Made by a program: the position numbers and the translations under genes. Below the pieces are notes generated by a model. It made no database searches, was not told the DNA's origin, and saw nothing but the letters and a program-made list of their open reading frames with translations. A stretch of 32,000 bases of DNA from an uncultured Erysipelotrichaceae bacterium (lineage in GTDB: Bacteria > Bacillota_I > Bacilli_A > RF39 > UBA660): contig CAOJUX010000005.1 in assembly GCA_948444795.1 (NCBI GenBank), positions 338-32,337 of the forward strand, in the 5' to 3' direction. Shown here piece after piece: positions 1 through 9,835 of the stretch (position 1 is its first letter; every line of letters starts with the position of its first letter).

Positions 1-393
1 TGCTGGAACATTATATAACTGTGATAAAACAACATTACAAGTTTTTCTACCAACTCCTGGTAAACTTTCTAAATACTCTCTATTATTAGGAACTTTTCCA
101 TTATAATTAAGAATTAAATCTGTCGCTATATTTTTTAAATATTTTGATTTTTTAGTATAAGATCCAACCGGTCTAATAATATTTTCAATTTCATTTAAAG
201 ACAAGTCTTTTATACCATATATATCATATTTTTTAAATAATTCTTTTGTTACCATATTCACTCTTTTATCAGTGCATTGAGCACTTAAAACAGTAGCCAT
301 TAAAAGTTCGTAATCTTTATTAAAAATTAGTTCACATTTAGCGTCAGGAAATAACTCATCTAAATATTTTATTAAATTTTTACTCGTTATCAT
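1..393 (-). CDS. nth: Endonuclease III (Nth), N-terminal 131 codons; the 3' end runs off the window
   Basis: My translation from the ATG at 393 gives MITSKNLIKYLDELFPDAKCELIFNKDYELLMATVLSAQCTDKRVN...LPGVGRKTCNVVL, which carries the HhH-GPD signature. The ATG overlaps the dnaD stop. The dnaD-nth order matches Bacillus. Confidence 0.85.
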   Translation of the reverse strand, partial: MITSKNLIKYLDELFPDAKCELIFNKDYELLMATVLSAQCTDKRVNMVTKELFKKYDIYGIKDLSLNEIENIIRPVGSYTKKSKYLKNIATDLILNYNGKVPNNREYLESLPGVGRKTCNVVLSQLYNVPA

Positions 394-1003
394 CAAGCCA
401 GTTATAATCAAATAATTCCTTCGATTCAGTTTGGAATCTTCTATTATTTTGATTAACCTCCTTCATATTTTTATATCCTTTTCGTTGCCATTCATAAAGA
501 ATTTTATCAATATATCTTAAACTACGAACTCCATTATATACTGCTTCTTTTAAAGCTCCCAAAACTAGTTCTTCACTATATCCTTTTTCTATCCAAGCTC
601 TTATAATTTCATATTCATAAGAAGATATTGAGCCCAGCTCTCTTTCAAAAATACTATATATATCACTTTCCTCTTTCTTTTTTTCTTCATCATTATAAAA
701 AGACTCTATTATAATATAAAGATTTTCTAAAGAAACAAACTCACATATTTTCCCATAATCATCCTTTTTTGTTTCTAAACTAATTAAATTTTTACTTAAA
801 AGAGAATTAAAAGAATCCATAATTTCATTTGTACTAATTTTTAATGCTTTAGAAATCACATTTATATCAAACAAAACATTTCCTTCATCCCAAAAATAAG
901 TCAAAAGAAAAAATTCATTTAAACTTAAATTTTTCTTTTTGGAAATATCGGCCAAAAATATAGGGAAATAAATATATCTTTCTCTTAATACAGCTTTATT
1001 CAA
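380..1003 (-). CDS. dnaD: DnaD-domain replication initiation / membrane attachment protein
   Basis: The C-terminal YEYEIIRAWIEKGYSEELVLGALKEAVYNGVRSLRYIDKILYEWQRKG matches the DnaD/DnaB_2 repeat. It sits upstream of nth. Confidence 0.75.
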   Translation of the reverse strand: MNKAVLRERYIYFPIFLADISKKKNLSLNEFFLLTYFWDEGNVLFDINVISKALKISTNEIMDSFNSLLSKNLISLETKKDDYGKICEFVSLENLYIIIESFYNDEEKKKEESDIYSIFERELGSISSYEYEIIRAWIEKGYSEELVLGALKEAVYNGVRSLRYIDKILYEWQRKGYKNMKEVNQNNRRFQTESKELFDYNWLDDNE

Positions 1004-1010
1004 ATTTAAG

Positions 1011-1808
1011 TCACTTCCTCTCTATAAAGTCTTGATAATAAATTTTTAAACTTTTTCTTATATCCAATATAGTATTTTTTTCACTTTTTGTAAATGGTAT
1101 ATCTCTCCTATATTCAATTTGAGCCAGATTTATATATAATTCATCGCTTAAAGAATTAATATGAAATATTAATCCCAAATCCAAATTATACTCTTTTATT
1201 AAATTTAAACCTCTTAATCTATTTTTATTATCTAAAATTTTTATTAACTCTTCTTTTATTCTAAAACCACTAAGGTTTTTAACTAAATAATTATATTTTT
1301 TCAAATCAAAACTAATATTAAATTCTAATATAGTAGCAAATCTAACTGCTCTTAGTATTCTAAGAGGATCATCTTTTAATTTTTTGGCAGTATCACCAAT
1401 TATTCTAATTTCTTTATTATGCAAATCCTTTAAACCATCTAACTTATCAATTAACATTTCATTTTTATCCATACATATAGCATTAATAGTAAAATCTCTT
1501 CTTTTTAAATCTTCTTCTAATGAGTTTATAAATTCTATTTTAGTTGGTTTTCTTTTTATATAATAATCTTCTTTTCTAAATGGTGTAATATCAATATTAT
1601 AATCACTAATTTTCAAAGTTATTACTCCAAAACTATTAGCTTTAACTTTAAAAAGACCTTCTAAGTCGTTTGGAAGAGCATTTGTACAAATGTCTACATC
1701 AAAAGAATTAATACCTAATAAATAATCTCTGACATATCCTCCAACTATATATGCTAAAAATCCTTTTTTATTTAAACTATCTAAAATATTATATATAACC
1801 TTTTCCAT
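1011..1808 (-). CDS. cca: tRNA nucleotidyltransferase (CCA-adding enzyme / poly(A) polymerase head-domain family), short form
   Basis: The N-terminus carries GGYVRDYLLG...DVDICT, the nucleotidyltransferase motif, and RDFTINA. At 265 aa it is shorter than the classical ~400 aa enzymes. Confidence 0.75.
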   Translation of the reverse strand: MEKVIYNILDSLNKKGFLAYIVGGYVRDYLLGINSFDVDICTNALPNDLEGLFKVKANSFGVITLKISDYNIDITPFRKEDYYIKRKPTKIEFINSLEEDLKRRDFTINAICMDKNEMLIDKLDGLKDLHNKEIRIIGDTAKKLKDDPLRILRAVRFATILEFNISFDLKKYNYLVKNLSGFRIKEELIKILDNKNRLRGLNLIKEYNLDLGLIFHINSLSDELYINLAQIEYRRDIPFTKSEKNTILDIRKSLKIYYQDFIERK

Positions 1809-1840
1809 AAGAAAATTATATCACAAAATCAAGTATAAAT

Positions 1841-1868
1841 TTGACATAATTGAAATATAGTGTATAAT
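1841..1868 (+). promoter_or_regulatory. Sigma-70-type promoter of rpsD
   Basis: TTGACA (1841-1846), a 16-nt spacer ending in TG, then TATAAT (1863-1868). Confidence 0.5.
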
Positions 1869-1874
1869 AATTAT

Positions 1875-2026
1875 TGCAATAAGTTGGCAGCAGAATTATT
1901 TAATTATTAACGTGTTTATAAAAATTTCAAAGTATTAAAATCTGCCATTTCAAGAAATGATTAATATAAACTCCCTAGTAATTAATTTTCTATAACTTGT
2001 AGCAAATAAAAAGAAAGGAGATTATT
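1875..2026 (+). promoter_or_regulatory. rpsD 5' leader, candidate S4 autoregulatory structure
   Basis: A ~150-nt untranslated leader shows long-range complementarity (tggcag...ctgcca) ahead of the RBS aaaggag. S4 autoregulation through the rpsD leader is established in Firmicutes. Confidence 0.4.
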
Positions 2027-2629
2027 ATGGCAAGATATACAGGACCTGCTTATAAAAAAGCAAGAAGATTAAACTTTTCACTTTTAGAAAATGGTAAAGA
2101 ACTTGCAAAACGTCCATATGCACCTGGTCAACATGGTACTGATAGAAGAAAAAAACTAAGTGAATATGGCATCCAATTACAAGAAAAACAAAAAGTAAGA
2201 CTTATGTATGGACTTACCGAAAAACAATTTAGAAGAGTTTTTGAACGTGCTTCTAAAATGAAAGGTATCGCTGGTGAAAATTTACTTAAATTACTAGAAA
2301 GTCGTTTAGATAATATTGTTTATCGTATGGGACTTGCAAAAACTAGACGTGCTTCACGTCAAGTAGTTAACCATGGACATATTTTAGTAAATGGTAAAAA
2401 AGTAAATATTCCATCATATCAAGTTAAACCTGGTGATATTGTAAGTGTTAAAGAAAACTCACAAAATCATCAAGCTATTAAAGAAGCTTTAGAAGCCACT
2501 TTAAAAACACCTGCATATGTAGAATTTGATGCTAAAAAAATGACTGGTAAATATGTAAGATTACCAGACAGAAGTGAACTTAATCAAGAGATTGATGAAA
2601 GCTTAATTGTTGAATTCTATAACAGATAA
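2027..2629 (+). CDS. rpsD: 30S ribosomal protein S4
   Basis: [19 protein letters not shown]...[26 protein letters not shown] carries the S4 N-terminal domain plus the S4 RNA-binding domain. A strong RBS precedes it. Confidence 0.97.
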   Translation: MARYTGPAYKKARRLNFSLLENGKELAKRPYAPGQHGTDRRKKLSEYGIQLQEKQKVRLMYGLTEKQFRRVFERASKMKGIAGENLLKLLESRLDNIVYRMGLAKTRRASRQVVNHGHILVNGKKVNIPSYQVKPGDIVSVKENSQNHQAIKEALEATLKTPAYVEFDAKKMTGKYVRLPDRSELNQEIDESLIVEFYNR

Positions 2630-2655
2630 AAAATCGGAAAACCCGATTTTTTTTA
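2628..2655. terminator. Bidirectional intrinsic terminator between rpsD and the convergent gene
   Basis: aaaaATCGGaaaacCCGATttttttt forms a stem flanked by an A-run and a T-run. Confidence 0.7.
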
Positions 2656-2656
2656 T

Positions 2657-3533
2657 TTATTTTATAAATCTAATATTAGAATATGAGGTGGAATCATTTG
2701 AAGTTCCACTCTTATCATTATAACCACCTATAAAAGAAATAATATGTTCCCCAACTATTCCTCTTACATCTAATATATACTCATGCCATTCATTATCTAA
2801 TTTACTATAAATATAATTAAATATATCAAAAGATTCATTGTTATATATTATAGGATATAATATACTTTTTTCTTCTTCAGGTACGCTACAACCTGATAGA
2901 TACTTTAACCCATCAGAGACAATTACTTTCACTGTTCCATAATCTACATTCTTTTTAGCATAAAATTTAATATAACTCACATCATCAAAATTAAGCTCAT
3001 AATCCCATCTTAACAAGGATGATAATTGACCATAGCCACAACTTGGTAGATATTCATTATTTGCTTTTCCTGTAATCGTAAAGCCGTCAGTTCCATCTAC
3101 TTGATTAGTTAAATATTCTGGGGTAACATTTTTAAATTCTCCTTGATCAAGTATCTCTCTTGTCACTAAAACTTCTGTTATTGTTTCAAATTTTAAAGTA
3201 CATATTGTAGGTTTATTAGTAGATATATTTACTATCCATTTATCTTTATCCCATTCTAAAATAGCTTCTTTATTTGTACAATCATAATCTACATATTTAT
3301 GACCATTTTTATCAGGAAAACTATCTTGTTTTACTCCATCTACTAGGACTGCTAAAGTTATATCTCCTTTGGTAAAGTTTGGTATCCTTCCTTCTAGTAT
3401 ATTAAATGTTTTACTTGTTTCAAATAATGCAAAACTTCTATATACTAAAATACCCCCCCCCCAGTACTAGGACTAGGGCGATTGTGCTTAGGAGGGTGTA
3501 TTTTAGTTTTTTATTTTTTTCAAATTTTTTCAT
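2657..3533 (-). pseudogene. N-terminally membrane-anchored or secreted protein gene interrupted by a frameshift at a G10 tract (phase-variable, or a homopolymer sequencing error)
   Basis: AGGAGG plus 7 nt precedes the ATG at 3533, giving MKKFEKNKKLKYTLLSTIALVLVLGGG. The frame stops at 3440-3438 just after the G10 run. Removing one G joins it in frame, with no stop, to the 169-aa ORF (2657-3166) for about 291 aa. The track ORF begins at a GTG only because no start codon occurs between 3451 and 3166. Confidence 0.6.
3453..3462 (-). repeat. Homopolymeric tract: C10 on the plus strand, G10 in the coding sense
   Basis: Counted directly and anchored by the track ORF 3406..3603 (TAC CCC CCC CCC AGT). 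Confidence 0.95.
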
Positions 3534-3559
3534 TTTTCTTCCTCCTATTTTCTATCAAT

Positions 3560-3588
3560 ATTATAACCCACTATTATTCATAATTCAA
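3560..3588 (-). promoter_or_regulatory. Sigma-70-type promoter for the G10-interrupted gene
   Basis: Minus strand reads TTGAAT (3588-3583), a 17-nt spacer, then TATAAT (3565-3560), about 25 nt upstream of the ATG at 3533. Confidence 0.5.
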
Positions 3589-3709
3589 TTAGTAATAATG
3601 TAGTATTATTACATTTTTTAATTTACAGTTATTTTACATGTATAATATTATCATAAACATTTTATAATATATATTTACATTTTTGTACGATTATTTTTAT
3701 AGAAAATAA

Positions 3710-4579
3710 TTAATCATTACTTTCCCATCTACCATAAATACCACAAGGAAGAATCAAATTATCACGAGTTATAGGAAGGCCAATTTCCCCACTTTCAACT
3801 TTTCCAGAAGGATATTTTTTTAGTAAAGTCATTTTCAAAATATTATTCAAAACAGTGCTGGATATTCCTGTAGTATAAGAATTTATTAAAAAAAACAAAG
3901 GTTTATCTGATAAAACTTTCATACATATATCTATTAAATAATATATATTTTTTTCAAACTTCCATACTTCTTTATTAGGACCTCTTCCATAACTAGGAGG
4001 GTCCATAATAATGGCATCATATTTATTTCCTCGCCTAATTTCTCTTTCCACAAACTTTACACAATCATCTACTATAAATCTAATTTCATGATCATCTAGT
4101 TTACATAAATGCATATTTTCTTTAGCCCAATCAGTCATTCCCCGTGAAGCATCAACATGTACTACTTTAGCTCCAGCACAAGACGCCGCCATCGTTGCAC
4201 CACCTGTATAAGCAAATAAATTAAGTACTTTAATTTCTCTAGTTTCTCTACTTATTTTATCCATAATAAAATCCCAATTAGATGCTTGTTCTGGAAATAG
4301 TCCTGTATGTTTAAAATTAGTTGGACTTATTTTAAATTCTAGATCTTTATACTTAATAGTCCAAAATTCTGGTAAATTAGTTTTAAAATCCCAGTAGCCG
4401 CCGCCATCGCTTTTACGATGGTAATAACCATCAATTTTATCCCACTTAGAATAATCTATAACACTCCAAATAGCTTGTGGGTCTGGTCTTCTAAAAATAA
4501 AATCTCCAAATCTTTCTAATTTTTCTCCACCTCCAGCATCAATGCACTCATAATCAGTCCACTCATTACTTAATTTCAT
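3710..4579 (-). CDS. Class I SAM-dependent methyltransferase (RlmI/PF10672-like catalytic domain)
   Basis: LNLFAYTGGATMAASCAGA is a SAM-binding motif I and IIMDPPSYGRGP is a DPP(S/F) motif IV. Confidence 0.8.
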   Translation of the reverse strand: MKLSNEWTDYECIDAGGGEKLERFGDFIFRRPDPQAIWSVIDYSKWDKIDGYYHRKSDGGGYWDFKTNLPEFWTIKYKDLEFKISPTNFKHTGLFPEQASNWDFIMDKISRETREIKVLNLFAYTGGATMAASCAGAKVVHVDASRGMTDWAKENMHLCKLDDHEIRFIVDDCVKFVEREIRRGNKYDAIIMDPPSYGRGPNKEVWKFEKNIYYLIDICMKVLSDKPLFFLINSYTTGISSTVLNNILKMTLLKKYPSGKVESGEIGLPITRDNLILPCGIYGRWESND

Positions 4580-5229
4580 ATATTAACACCTATACCTCTA
4601 TCCATATCATCTAATAATTCAATTCCATTATTTTTATAAAATTCTTCATATAATTCTAATATATCTTCACCTGTCTGTTGATAAAACTGTTCACATAAAT
4701 AATTATAACTATCATAAAAAGCATATCTTCTAATTGAATTATCTAAATATTTTCCTTGTATTTCTTTTATAAATTCAAGAGGTAACAAATTATATACCTC
4801 AGGTTTAACAAGTCTATTTTTTAAAGTAAACTCTTCTGAAATGTAACTTATAAAACCTTTTCTTAAATCTATACAACAAGATTGGTTTTTATTAGGATTA
4901 GAAAGACCAATAAATTCTTTCTCGGGAATATGTAAAGTTATTAACAAATTTAGTATTTTCTCTAATAAAACATTATCTACAAAATATTTTTTTATTTTAT
5001 CATAATCATTACTTTCAAATATTTTATGATTAGGATTTAAATGAATTTTATCATTTTTAACTAAGCTATCAATCACTACAATATTATTTGTTGCAAGTAA
5101 TTTATTTATTAAAGATTGTTTTTTCCCTAGTAAATAGGCATCATAGTCTCTTTTTATACTATTTAATAAATAAATTGCTTGTTGATTTAATTCAGTTTGT
5201 AATTTTTCATAATCAATCACTTTAATCAC
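4576..5229 (-). CDS. Hypothetical protein
   Basis: A 217-aa ORF with a GTG start that overlaps the downstream methyltransferase start by 4 nt, suggesting an operon. I recognise no motif. Confidence 0.5.
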   Translation of the reverse strand: MIKVIDYEKLQTELNQQAIYLLNSIKRDYDAYLLGKKQSLINKLLATNNIVVIDSLVKNDKIHLNPNHKIFESNDYDKIKKYFVDNVLLEKILNLLITLHIPEKEFIGLSNPNKNQSCCIDLRKGFISYISEEFTLKNRLVKPEVYNLLPLEFIKEIQGKYLDNSIRRYAFYDSYNYLCEQFYQQTGEDILELYEEFYKNNGIELLDDMDRGIGVNI

Positions 5230-5269
5230 TCTCTTATCAATTATATCATAGGATATTTTTGAAAAGCAA

Positions 5270-5305
5270 ATTAAATAAAGAAGCTTTATTTAAAAATTAG
5301 CTTCT
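5270..5305 (-). terminator. Intrinsic terminator downstream of the FAD-dependent gene
   Basis: On the minus strand, AGAAGCT (5305-5299) pairs with AGCTTCT (5285-5279) and is followed by a T-rich tail. Confidence 0.5.
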
Positions 5306-5351
5306 TCTATTCTTAAATTATGTTTCTTATAAACTATTAGTAAAAGTTAAT

Positions 5352-6917
5352 TTATCTATCAAAAGTTGTTCTAATTATCGCTTCTGCTACTTTCATTCCA
5401 TCCATAGCAGATGTCATAATACCTCCAGCATATCCAGCTCCCTCACCAGCAGGATAAACACCCTCAATATTAGATACAAATTTATCATTTCTTAGAATTC
5501 TAATTGGTGATGAAGTTCTAGATTCCACACCTAAAATAATAGCATCGTCATTATTAAAGCCTATAAGTTTAGTGCCAAAATACTCAATAGCTTCTTTTAT
5601 ATCTTCATTTATAAACTCTGGAAAAATTAAATTAACATTAGCATTTTTATATGAACCACAAATATCTAAATTTTTAACAGTTTCTAACACTTCACCTTTT
5701 TTATAATCACTATATCTCATACAAGGAATAAATCCCTCTCCTACAAGATAAGCCTTTCTCTCTAACTTTTTTTGAAACTCTACCCCATCAAATAAAGATA
5801 ATCCATAATCATTTTCATTAACTGTCACAACAATAGCACTATTACTGTAATTTGCATCTCTTTTATAATTACTCATTCCATTTATAGAAAGCTCACCTAA
5901 CTTATTACTTGCATTAACAACATATCCCCCAGGACACATGCAAAAAGAATACACACCTCTATTATCCTTACTTTTATAAGTTAATTTATAACTAGCAGAA
6001 GGTAAAAAATCACTAAAACTACCATACATTGCTTTATTAATAAGAGCTTTTTTATGCATTACTCTAACACCAATCGCAAAAGGTTTTGACTTCATTTCTA
6101 TTCCTACATTATCAAGAAGTTTAAAAGTATCTCTCGCACTATGACCAATAGCAAGTATTAAACTATCACACTCTATTTCTTCCTCTTGATTAACTATAAT
6201 TTTATCAAGTTTATTATTCTTAATTAAAATATCAGTTAGACAAGTAGAAAATTTAAATTCACCACCTAAAGATATAATGTAATTTCTCATATTTTTAACA
6301 CAAGCACACAAATTATCAGTACCAATATGTGGATTTTGTAAAAATAATATATCTTCTGGTGCTCCAAATTTAACAAATGTCTCTAAAACAAATCTATTTC
6401 TATAACATTTATCATTAACTCCTGTATTTAACTTTCCATCTGAAAAAGTTCCAGCTCCGCCTTCTCCAAAAAGAACATTATCTTCTTCATTTAAAATATT
6501 TTCTTGCCAAAATCTATTAACATCTTTAAACCTTTCGTCTATTTCTTTTCCCCGTTCTATTATAATCGGTTTTAACCCAGAAAGAGCTAATAAATAAGCC
6601 GAAAAAAGACCAGCTGGACCACTACCAACAACTATCACTCTTTTATTACTTTTACAATATTTTAAAATATTGTATTTTGTATTTTTATACTCTAATATAT
6701 CTTTATCTTTTCTAATTTTTCCTTCATTTTTAACATCTACTAAAACTTCTAAAACATATAATATATTGCTCTTAATTCTTGCATCAATCGATTTTTTTAA
6801 AAGTTTAAAACCAAATAAATCATTCAAATCAATATTAAGTTTTTTTACTATTTTCTTTTTTATATTATCATCACTATATTTTAAAATAGATATTTTTATA
6901 TTCTTTACTCTTAACAT
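5352..6917 (-). CDS. FAD-dependent protein (COG2509-type NAD(P)/FAD oxidoreductase)
   Basis: VIVVGSGPAGLFSAYLLA is a dinucleotide-binding GxGxxG motif. The C-terminal YPAGEGAGYAGGI is typical of this family. Confidence 0.8.
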   Translation of the reverse strand: MLRVKNIKISILKYSDDNIKKKIVKKLNIDLNDLFGFKLLKKSIDARIKSNILYVLEVLVDVKNEGKIRKDKDILEYKNTKYNILKYCKSNKRVIVVGSGPAGLFSAYLLALSGLKPIIIERGKEIDERFKDVNRFWQENILNEEDNVLFGEGGAGTFSDGKLNTGVNDKCYRNRFVLETFVKFGAPEDILFLQNPHIGTDNLCACVKNMRNYIISLGGEFKFSTCLTDILIKNNKLDKIIVNQEEEIECDSLILAIGHSARDTFKLLDNVGIEMKSKPFAIGVRVMHKKALINKAMYGSFSDFLPSASYKLTYKSKDNRGVYSFCMCPGGYVVNASNKLGELSINGMSNYKRDANYSNSAIVVTVNENDYGLSLFDGVEFQKKLERKAYLVGEGFIPCMRYSDYKKGEVLETVKNLDICGSYKNANVNLIFPEFINEDIKEAIEYFGTKLIGFNNDDAIILGVESRTSSPIRILRNDKFVSNIEGVYPAGEGAGYAGGIMTSAMDGMKVAEAIIRTTFDR

Positions 6918-8107
6918 ACTTCACCAACTACTATTCCACTTAAAAAAGCAAATGTTAGATTATATCCTCCACAATCTCCATCAATATCTAAAACTTCTCC
7001 AATAAAATAAAGATTATCTATTTTCAAAGACTCAAAATTATTTTTAACCTCTTCTAAAGATACTCCTCCACTTGTAACTTGAGCTGTATCAAAACCAAGA
7101 GTATCTACTACTATTAACTCATAATTAATTAAATTATCACACAATATCTTTTTTTTATTTTCGCTTATATCATTCCAGTATGATTTACTACTAATATCTG
7201 ATCTCTTAAGTAAATAATAAACTAACTTATAATTAAGAATTCCCTCAAACAACTCTGATATTGTTCGATTTTTAAGTTTATTATTTCTTTCATCTATAAA
7301 TGTTTTAATATCTATTTCTAAATCAGGTAAAAAATTTATTTTAATTATTTCCTTTTTATTTTTATAAAGTCCCCTAGTAATAATACTACTTAAATTAAAA
7401 GCACATATACCACTAATACCATAATCAGTAAGTTGTACTTCTCCTATTTCTATCTTTTTAAGATTATTTTCTTCATATAAAGAAAGCTTAGCAAAAGTTC
7501 TTATTTTCTCCCAATCTTTAAAATTACCTTCCCCAACTAGTTGGACAAGCGATGGTAATTGTTTAACTATATTAATATCTAAACTTTTTATTACATCATT
7601 AAAATCTCCATTACTACCAGTTTTTGGATATGACTTACCGCCAGTTGCAATAATTACTTTATCTCCTTTAAAATCTCCTAAATTAGTATTAATTACGAAA
7701 TTATTATCATTTATTTTTATATCTTTAACTTTGCAATTTAAAATTATTTCAACTCCCAAATTAATAGCCTCATTTAAAATAGCTGCTTTTACCCCTATTG
7801 CTTGATTAGAATAAGGATAATAATAACCATCTCTAATTTGAGATATGAGTCCAATAGAATCAAAAAAATTAAGGACTTTATTAAGTCTTTCCTCATTTAT
7901 AAATAAATCTAAAGAGACATTAGTACTAGTATGATATTTGCTTATATTGTTATTGCTATTAAAATAATTACATTTTCCATTACCAGTAAGTAAAAGTTTC
8001 TTAAGAACACTATCATTTTTTTCTAAAATAGTTACTTTTTTATTATTTCTCGCAAGAGTTATAGCACAAGCAAATGATGCCACTCCCCCACCAATTATAT
8101 ATATCAA
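6911..8107 (-). CDS. BaiN/HI0933-family flavoprotein (aminoacetone-oxidase-like)
   Basis: MIYIIGGGVASFACAITLA carries GxGxxA. TGNGKCNYFN, ATGGKSYPKTGSNGD and GGYNLTFAFLSG are family signatures. Confidence 0.8.
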   Translation of the reverse strand: MIYIIGGGVASFACAITLARNNKKVTILEKNDSVLKKLLLTGNGKCNYFNSNNNISKYHTSTNVSLDLFINEERLNKVLNFFDSIGLISQIRDGYYYPYSNQAIGVKAAILNEAINLGVEIILNCKVKDIKINDNNFVINTNLGDFKGDKVIIATGGKSYPKTGSNGDFNDVIKSLDINIVKQLPSLVQLVGEGNFKDWEKIRTFAKLSLYEENNLKKIEIGEVQLTDYGISGICAFNLSSIITRGLYKNKKEIIKINFLPDLEIDIKTFIDERNNKLKNRTISELFEGILNYKLVYYLLKRSDISSKSYWNDISENKKKILCDNLINYELIVVDTLGFDTAQVTSGGVSLEEVKNNFESLKIDNLYFIGEVLDIDGDCGGYNLTFAFLSGIVVGEVC

Positions 8108-8145
8108 TCCTAATCACTTCCAATAGCAATAGTATATAATAATGT

Positions 8146-8523
8146 TTAACTAAAAGCAATTTCTGTATCAATATTATCATCAGTAACAGCAATAATTAAA
8201 AAAATAATTCCACTTATTAAAATAAGTAATGAGCCAATAAAAGATGCATATGTAAGAATTACCTTTTTCTCACTATCACAAGAATCTAAATCTTTTATAT
8301 CATCTAAACTATCTTTCACAAAATAATAATAAACAAATAATAATATAGAAAAAATAATAATCATTATTATTTGATATTTATGTTTGGCATCATCACTTTT
8401 ATTTAATATAAATTCTTTTTCAAAATTATTAGCAATAAAACTAAGGATTATAATGCCAATATATATAATCCATATCATATTTTCATGCTTTATATCCTTA
8501 AGTCTATCTAAACTTCTATCCAT
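8146..8523 (-). CDS. Small integral membrane protein
   Basis: Three hydrophobic segments, tightly packed with the upstream gene. Confidence 0.5.
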   Translation of the reverse strand: MDRSLDRLKDIKHENMIWIIYIGIIILSFIANNFEKEFILNKSDDAKHKYQIIMIIIFSILLFVYYYFVKDSLDDIKDLDSCDSEKKVILTYASFIGSLLILISGIIFLIIAVTDDNIDTEIAFS

Positions 8524-8524
8524 A

Positions 8525-9040
8525 TTAAATTTTATTTATTTTTTTCTTATTTAGAAACAAATTTATAAAATCTAATATAAATAATAATATCAATATATAA
8601 GTTACAAAATTAGGAATTAAGTATATAAATTTATTTATTAAAGGATTAACTATATAAATAATTAAAATAGCCCCCAGCATCCATACTAAACTTACTTCTA
8701 AAGCAATATATTTTCCAATATGAAACTTAAAATTACTATAATTCCAAAAAGTTTTATGAAATATTTTCTCTATTAGAATCCCCCCTATAAATTCCAGAAA
8801 AGTTAAGGAAAAGGCAATCACAAATAAAACAATTATCAACTCCCAAAAAAAGTTTAAATTTAATATTTTAAATAAATAATCAGATATAAAAAGAATTAAT
8901 AACGAGCCAAAACCATAAATCGGTGTAACTGGCCCTTTTAAAATTCCGCTTTTAAGTTTAGCTCCTCTAAAAAAATCATATAATATTTCTACTATATATC
9001 CAAAAAAAGAATAAATAAAAAAATAATTAATAAAGTACAT
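8525..9040 (-). CDS. Polytopic membrane protein (PF06541 / putative ABC-transporter type IV-like)
   Basis: FFGYIVEILY...GPVTPIYGFG is an N-terminal signature, and there are several TM helices. Confidence 0.55.
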   Translation of the reverse strand: MYFINYFFIYSFFGYIVEILYDFFRGAKLKSGILKGPVTPIYGFGSLLILFISDYLFKILNLNFFWELIIVLFVIAFSLTFLEFIGGILIEKIFHKTFWNYSNFKFHIGKYIALEVSLVWMLGAILIIYIVNPLINKFIYLIPNFVTYILILLFILDFINLFLNKKKINKI

Positions 9041-9140
9041 TTAACCACCTTTTTATAATATTTTCTAAAAAACAAAATTATATTCATTTATTTACTAAGT
9101 CATAAAAAAATTGTAATATTATAGTAGGAAGTGATTTATT

Positions 9141-9833
9141 TTGAAAAAGAAAAATATTTTCTATTTAATTTTAGTTATCTTACTTATAGGTATTTTTGCA
9201 TTTTATGATTATAGCCCTAGTAGTAGTTATGAAAATAATATCAATACTTATACATCAAGTGATATTCCTAACTACGAAGATAAAAAATTTATTGTTTTAA
9301 ACGAAAATAAGCCTGATTTTGATATGAGTAAAGATTATAGCAAAACTTTTGAAGAATATAGCAAGTTAGATGATTTAGGAAGATGTGGAATAGCATTTGC
9401 TAATCTTGGAATCAATTTAATGCCAACAGAAGAACGTGAAAGTATTGCGTCTATTAAACCAACTGGGTGGCATACAGTAAAATATGATAGTATTAACGGT
9501 AAATATTTATATAATAGATGTCACTTAATTGGCTACCAACTAACTGGAGAAAATGCCAATCCTCAAAACTTAATAACATGTACTAGAACTATGAATGCCA
9601 AAACTATGTTACAATTTGAAAACAAAGTAAGTGAATATATTAAAAGAACTAATAATCACGTTTTATATAGAGTTACTCCAATCTTTGAAAATGATAACTT
9701 ACTTGCCAAAGGAGTTATTCTAGAAGCTAAGTCTATTGAAGATACTGAAATAGAATTTAATGTTTTTATCTATAATGTTGAAGATGGAATCGAAATAAAC
9801 TATCAAAATGGTGACAGTAAAAAAGTGGAATAA
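9141..9833 (+). CDS. Secreted DNA/RNA non-specific endonuclease (DNA-entry nuclease-like)
   Basis: TTG start after aggaag, an N-terminal TM/signal segment, and GRCG...WH...YNRCHLIGYQLTGENANPQNLITCTRTMN, which is the Endonuclease_NS_2-type core. Confidence 0.8.
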   Translation: MKKKNIFYLILVILLIGIFAFYDYSPSSSYENNINTYTSSDIPNYEDKKFIVLNENKPDFDMSKDYSKTFEEYSKLDDLGRCGIAFANLGINLMPTEERESIASIKPTGWHTVKYDSINGKYLYNRCHLIGYQLTGENANPQNLITCTRTMNAKTMLQFENKVSEYIKRTNNHVLYRVTPIFENDNLLAKGVILEAKSIEDTEIEFNVFIYNVEDGIEINYQNGDSKKVE

Positions 9834-9835
9834 AC

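Noticed and set aside
3406-3603. The plus-strand 65-aa ORF across the C10 tract.
   Set aside because: It is the antisense shadow of the promoter, RBS and signal-peptide region of the minus-strand gene. It has no RBS.
6670-7005. Antisense ORFs inside well-supported genes (6670..7005, 12843..13127, 18424..18618, 19431..19715, 21095..21367, 21705..21977, 28784..29002, 31162..31365).
   Set aside because: Each lies opposite a gene with recognisable motifs or better context. They have Phe/Ile/Leu/Ser-rich low-complexity translations and no RBS, which is typical of AT-rich antisense frames.
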